A stretch of 63,117 nucleotides of DNA, counting the filler, from Choristocarpus tenellus KU-1152 (taxonomy: Eukaryota; Protista; Phaeophyceae): NCBI GenBank assembly GCA_964200185.2. It is 10 parts of 10 records of this genome, joined end to end, with 100 filler letters (N's around TTAATTAATTAA, not from the genome) between each part and the next. Parts side by side here need not be neighbours in the genome. Positions count along the whole stretch, not along the records: positions 59,319 to 63,117 come from CAXNAD020017856.1; 9 more parts are not named here. One strand, 5' to 3'. A program made the position numbers and the translations under genes. Under the pieces are notes generated by a model, which was not told where the DNA came from, did not search any database, and saw only the letters and a list, made by a program, of their open reading frames with translations. Shown in pieces: positions 61,376-63,117 of the stretch; the stretch's first letter is position 1, and the number at the start of each line of letters is the position of its first letter.

Positions 61376-63117
61376 ATGGGAGACTCAGGGATCGGTGCTG
61401 GAGTGGTCCTGGTAGCGGGGGCTCTAGGCTCAGTAAAGAGCCTCTTAGTTGTCCTTGTCGGTATCGGGGCCTCCAAGTGGCCCAAGGGGGCACGTGAGTG
61501 TTTAAAGGTTGGTTGACACGTTCTTGACATTTTACCTCTGTCTGAACTGTTTGGAATATACCACTCTCCTTTAATAATATGCTGTTGTTAAAGCATTGTT
61601 CATAGCAGACCACTGTGCAATCCTTTCTGTTTGGGTTTGTTTCCATGTCCCTTCTCTTATCTTGGGTCTCCTAGCACTTCTGACGCAGGAGGTCATTCGA
61701 TCAACGAGCAGGCTTTCCAATGCTGTCTTTTTGCCAGCACTGGTTGGTTCAAGCATTGGTGCCTCCCTTACGCCCGAGATTCTGTCGGACTCTTGGCACC
61801 TCCTTGTGGCCAACAGTTTCACACACATATTGTCTTGGACGCTGGCCTGGATATGCGGGAGGGTGTTACTCACTTTCGAAAATAGGTACACTTTTCGCCC
61901 AGTACAAGTGGCGGTCGCCTTCCCCAACAGCGGTGCCCTCCCTCTGCTCTTCCTCGAGTCTCTGTGTGATCAAGATTTGATCAAAAGGTGAGGGTGACTT
62001 TGGGACTGGGCAGTTTTAAACCGAAAAATAGGGTACTAGGCTGTGGCAGGATGGGTTGATATGGAAGGTGTAGACGGGGAGGTGGTGGCGAGGCATTCTA
62101 CAACCTTGAGAAACTTTAGATAAATCAGGATGTAGGAACTGATCCGATCAAGTCTTATTCGCCACTCACCTGGAGAGTTGCATGTACTTCATGACGGGAT
62201 CACTCCTTGCCTTGACGGATTTTGCTCACCAACCTTGTTCTCCTAAACCTCTCCCATACCAGCGACTTTGGGAATGACGAAGAGTGCCTCGATCGAGGTA
62301 CAGGGTTTGTATTCGTGTACATGATTGGCTGGCAGCTCTGGTTTTTTGGCTGGGGTTTTCACCTCCTCAGTGGATGTGCGGCTCTGGAGTCCTCACACCC
62401 TGTTGCAGGCACAGCACAGTTGGAACCAGAAACCTCGTGCAACCCCCTGCCAGGACACCAATCCCCGTCACCTGATGCGCATCGTAATATTCGCACTTCT
62501 ATGGTCAAGGAGCAATCCTGTAAGGTCATTAGCGCACTAGATGAACAAAATGCCAAGCAGGGGGGAACCTCTACACAGCGCTCTGTTGAGTCGGCAGATA
62601 CAAGTGTAGTAATGTCTCCTTCACCCTTGCTTGAGAAGGGGCATACCCTTACCGATCCAGTTGGCTGCTGCAGCCAAGATCTGGTAGAACAAGCAGAGAA
62701 GATGAGGGAACTGCTCCCACCATTTTTCGATGAAGACTGCGAAACAACCGTGCAGAGTGATGCTCTTCCCGTTTCCGTCATGACCACAACGAAGTCTCCG
62801 GGGCTGGACAGGACAGGCTGCTGTGACTCCCCCATTGTTGACATGGAGGCAGGCCACGCAGGTCGGGGGACTGGTGAGGAGAGAGGCAGTGTCTCTGGGG
62901 CGGGGGAAGTGCAAGGTGGCACAGCTCGCGAAGAGACGACTCGTACCAAACCACCTCTTGTGTCTCAGGCTCGTAGGCAGCAGTCAGTGCTGAATGTTGG
63001 GCGGACGCAGGAGAGGATTGCACCAGATTTGCAAGGTGGTAGCTCTACATTGAAGGAGAGAGGAGAAAAAATGATAAAGAACATTGTGCTGTCACCCGTC
63101 ATTATATCTGTTGCTTG
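61376..63117 (+). CDS. PIN-LIKES / auxin efflux carrier (AEC, Mem_trans) family transporter, 5' part
   Basis: Exons 61376-61493, 61675-61987 and 62263->63117 join in phase: SVKSLLVVLVGIGASKWPKGAPLLTQEVIRSTSRLSNAVFLPALVGSSIG...AVAFPNSGALPLLFLESLC...CLDRGTGFVFVYMIGWQLWFFGWG, a long hydrophilic loop, then in-frame MIKNIVLSPVIISVA. The vF.P.L and N.g.LPL motifs are typical of PILS/AEC. Confidence 0.87.

Noticed and set aside
62359-62949. 196-aa minus-strand ORF
   Set aside because: Antisense to the open third exon of the PILS-like gene.

Overview
Eukaryotic nuclear DNA from a photosynthetic, flagellated stramenopile (ochrophyte, brown-alga-like). This is inferred from ASAF-type bipartite plastid presequences, nuclear atpC lacking the green-lineage redox insert, IFT172 and TTAGGG interstitial repeats. 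The window is a chain of contigs joined by artificial 100-nt linkers (44N-TTAATTAATTAA-44N), so adjacency across gaps is not guaranteed. Recognisable intron-containing genes: part of IFT172; a head-to-head pair of plastid-targeted genes (2Fe-2S ferredoxin and atpC); a multi-exon KOW/SH3-like, putative Zn-binding protein; the 5' part of TFIIH p52 (GTF2H4/TFB2); part of a WD40 gene; and a second head-to-head pair (NTT/TLC-like transporter and PIN-LIKES/AEC transporter). The rest is decayed Copia and probable hAT elements, many ~180-260 bp MITEs with GAG/GAC/GGG termini (Sola2-like), hairpin-bearing minisatellites, a long near-perfect hairpin, and multi-exon gene relics that keep splice phase but carry C>T-type stop codons. 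Those relics, together with CpG-rich gene 5' ends and CpG-poor gene bodies and repeats (judged by eye), suggest a cytosine-methylation/deamination regime that most brown algae lack. All assignments are from manual reading; no database searches were run.
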